Positions 63,319-64,000 of a stretch of DNA of 64,000 bases are shown here, piece after piece. Location: positions 101,832,098 to 101,896,097 of the forward strand of contig NC_068985.1 in the NCBI RefSeq assembly GCF_001194135.2. The letters are read 5' to 3'. How positions within the stretch are numbered: position 1 is the stretch's first letter; every line of letters begins with the position of its first letter. The DNA is from Octopus bimaculoides. Taxonomy: Eukaryota. The position numbers and the translations under genes were made by a program. The notes below the pieces were generated by a model. It searched no databases, had not been told where the DNA came from, and worked only from the letters and a program-made list of their open reading frames with translations.

Positions 63319-64000
63319 ATGTTTGTGTATGTATACATATCTCTGTTGGTGAACGAGACAGAATGAGACAGAGAAAGTAGGATTGTAATACGCCTGCATA
63401 TATTTGCGTGGAGTTTAAGTGAATAAGTTTTGTACGCACATATACATTTCCCAATAATTGTAGAAATATTCACCATGTTTTCACATTACATAAACGTTGT
63501 AGAGTTACGTTTGTGGCGAATTCTGCAAACTTATTTCAAACCAGACATATGAGAGAATCTCAGTGTGTCTACACTGATTAATCTATCCTACTGTTCACGT
63601 ACTATCCATCATGTTACACATGAGATATACAGGAATATATATGTGTGTATGGGAATGTAAGGGTGTGTTTTCGTGGTCATCTGCGCACATTTATGTGATT
63701 TCACAGATAGGTAAAATGTAACTATTTGAATTTATATGGTATATTATGTGCAAGATGTATGGAAACACTGCCAAAAACATAAATATATATATACGAGTAC
63801 GTTTCTATCTATGTTTATATGTATATAAACATATCTATATATGTTCGTATATCTGTGTGTGATGCTGGTATATGAACCCGAATATGTATGTAGAGAAATG
63901 TGTGTATATGTGTGTTTGTGTGAGTGTGTGTGTGCGCTCGCGTGCCTGTGTGTGTGTGTGTGTGTTTGTCTATATATGTATCATATATATTCAAATATAA

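Overview
AT-rich, microsatellite-dense eukaryotic scaffold with 13 N-gaps, most of them beside a microsatellite. The SINE families and repeat make-up look like a coleoid cephalopod (Octopus-like); this is my recognition, not a database result. I found no supportable host protein-coding exon, tRNA, rRNA or CRISPR array, so the window reads as intergenic or deep intronic. All long ORFs in the track except 54355-54936 are gap or microsatellite artefacts. The window holds decayed mobile elements: two Penelope-like RT fragments, a CR1 LINE plus a small CR1 piece, a HERO-type and two R4/Dong-type RLE retroelements, two mariner (DD34D) halves, a DD41D-type Tc1/mariner, an intron-containing Tc1, two FLYWCH/MULE relics, a probable Academ transposase relic, and several tRNA-derived SINEs. 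Unexplained by the ORF track: (1) minimal type I hammerhead ribozyme motifs, one with a fully intact core at 56234-56308, one next to a Penelope RT, and two degenerate; (2) a giant palindromic element present in long (688 bp) and collapsed (156 bp) forms whose two arms carry mirrored variants; (3) a 39-nt-period triple hairpin array; (4) several other structured hairpins.
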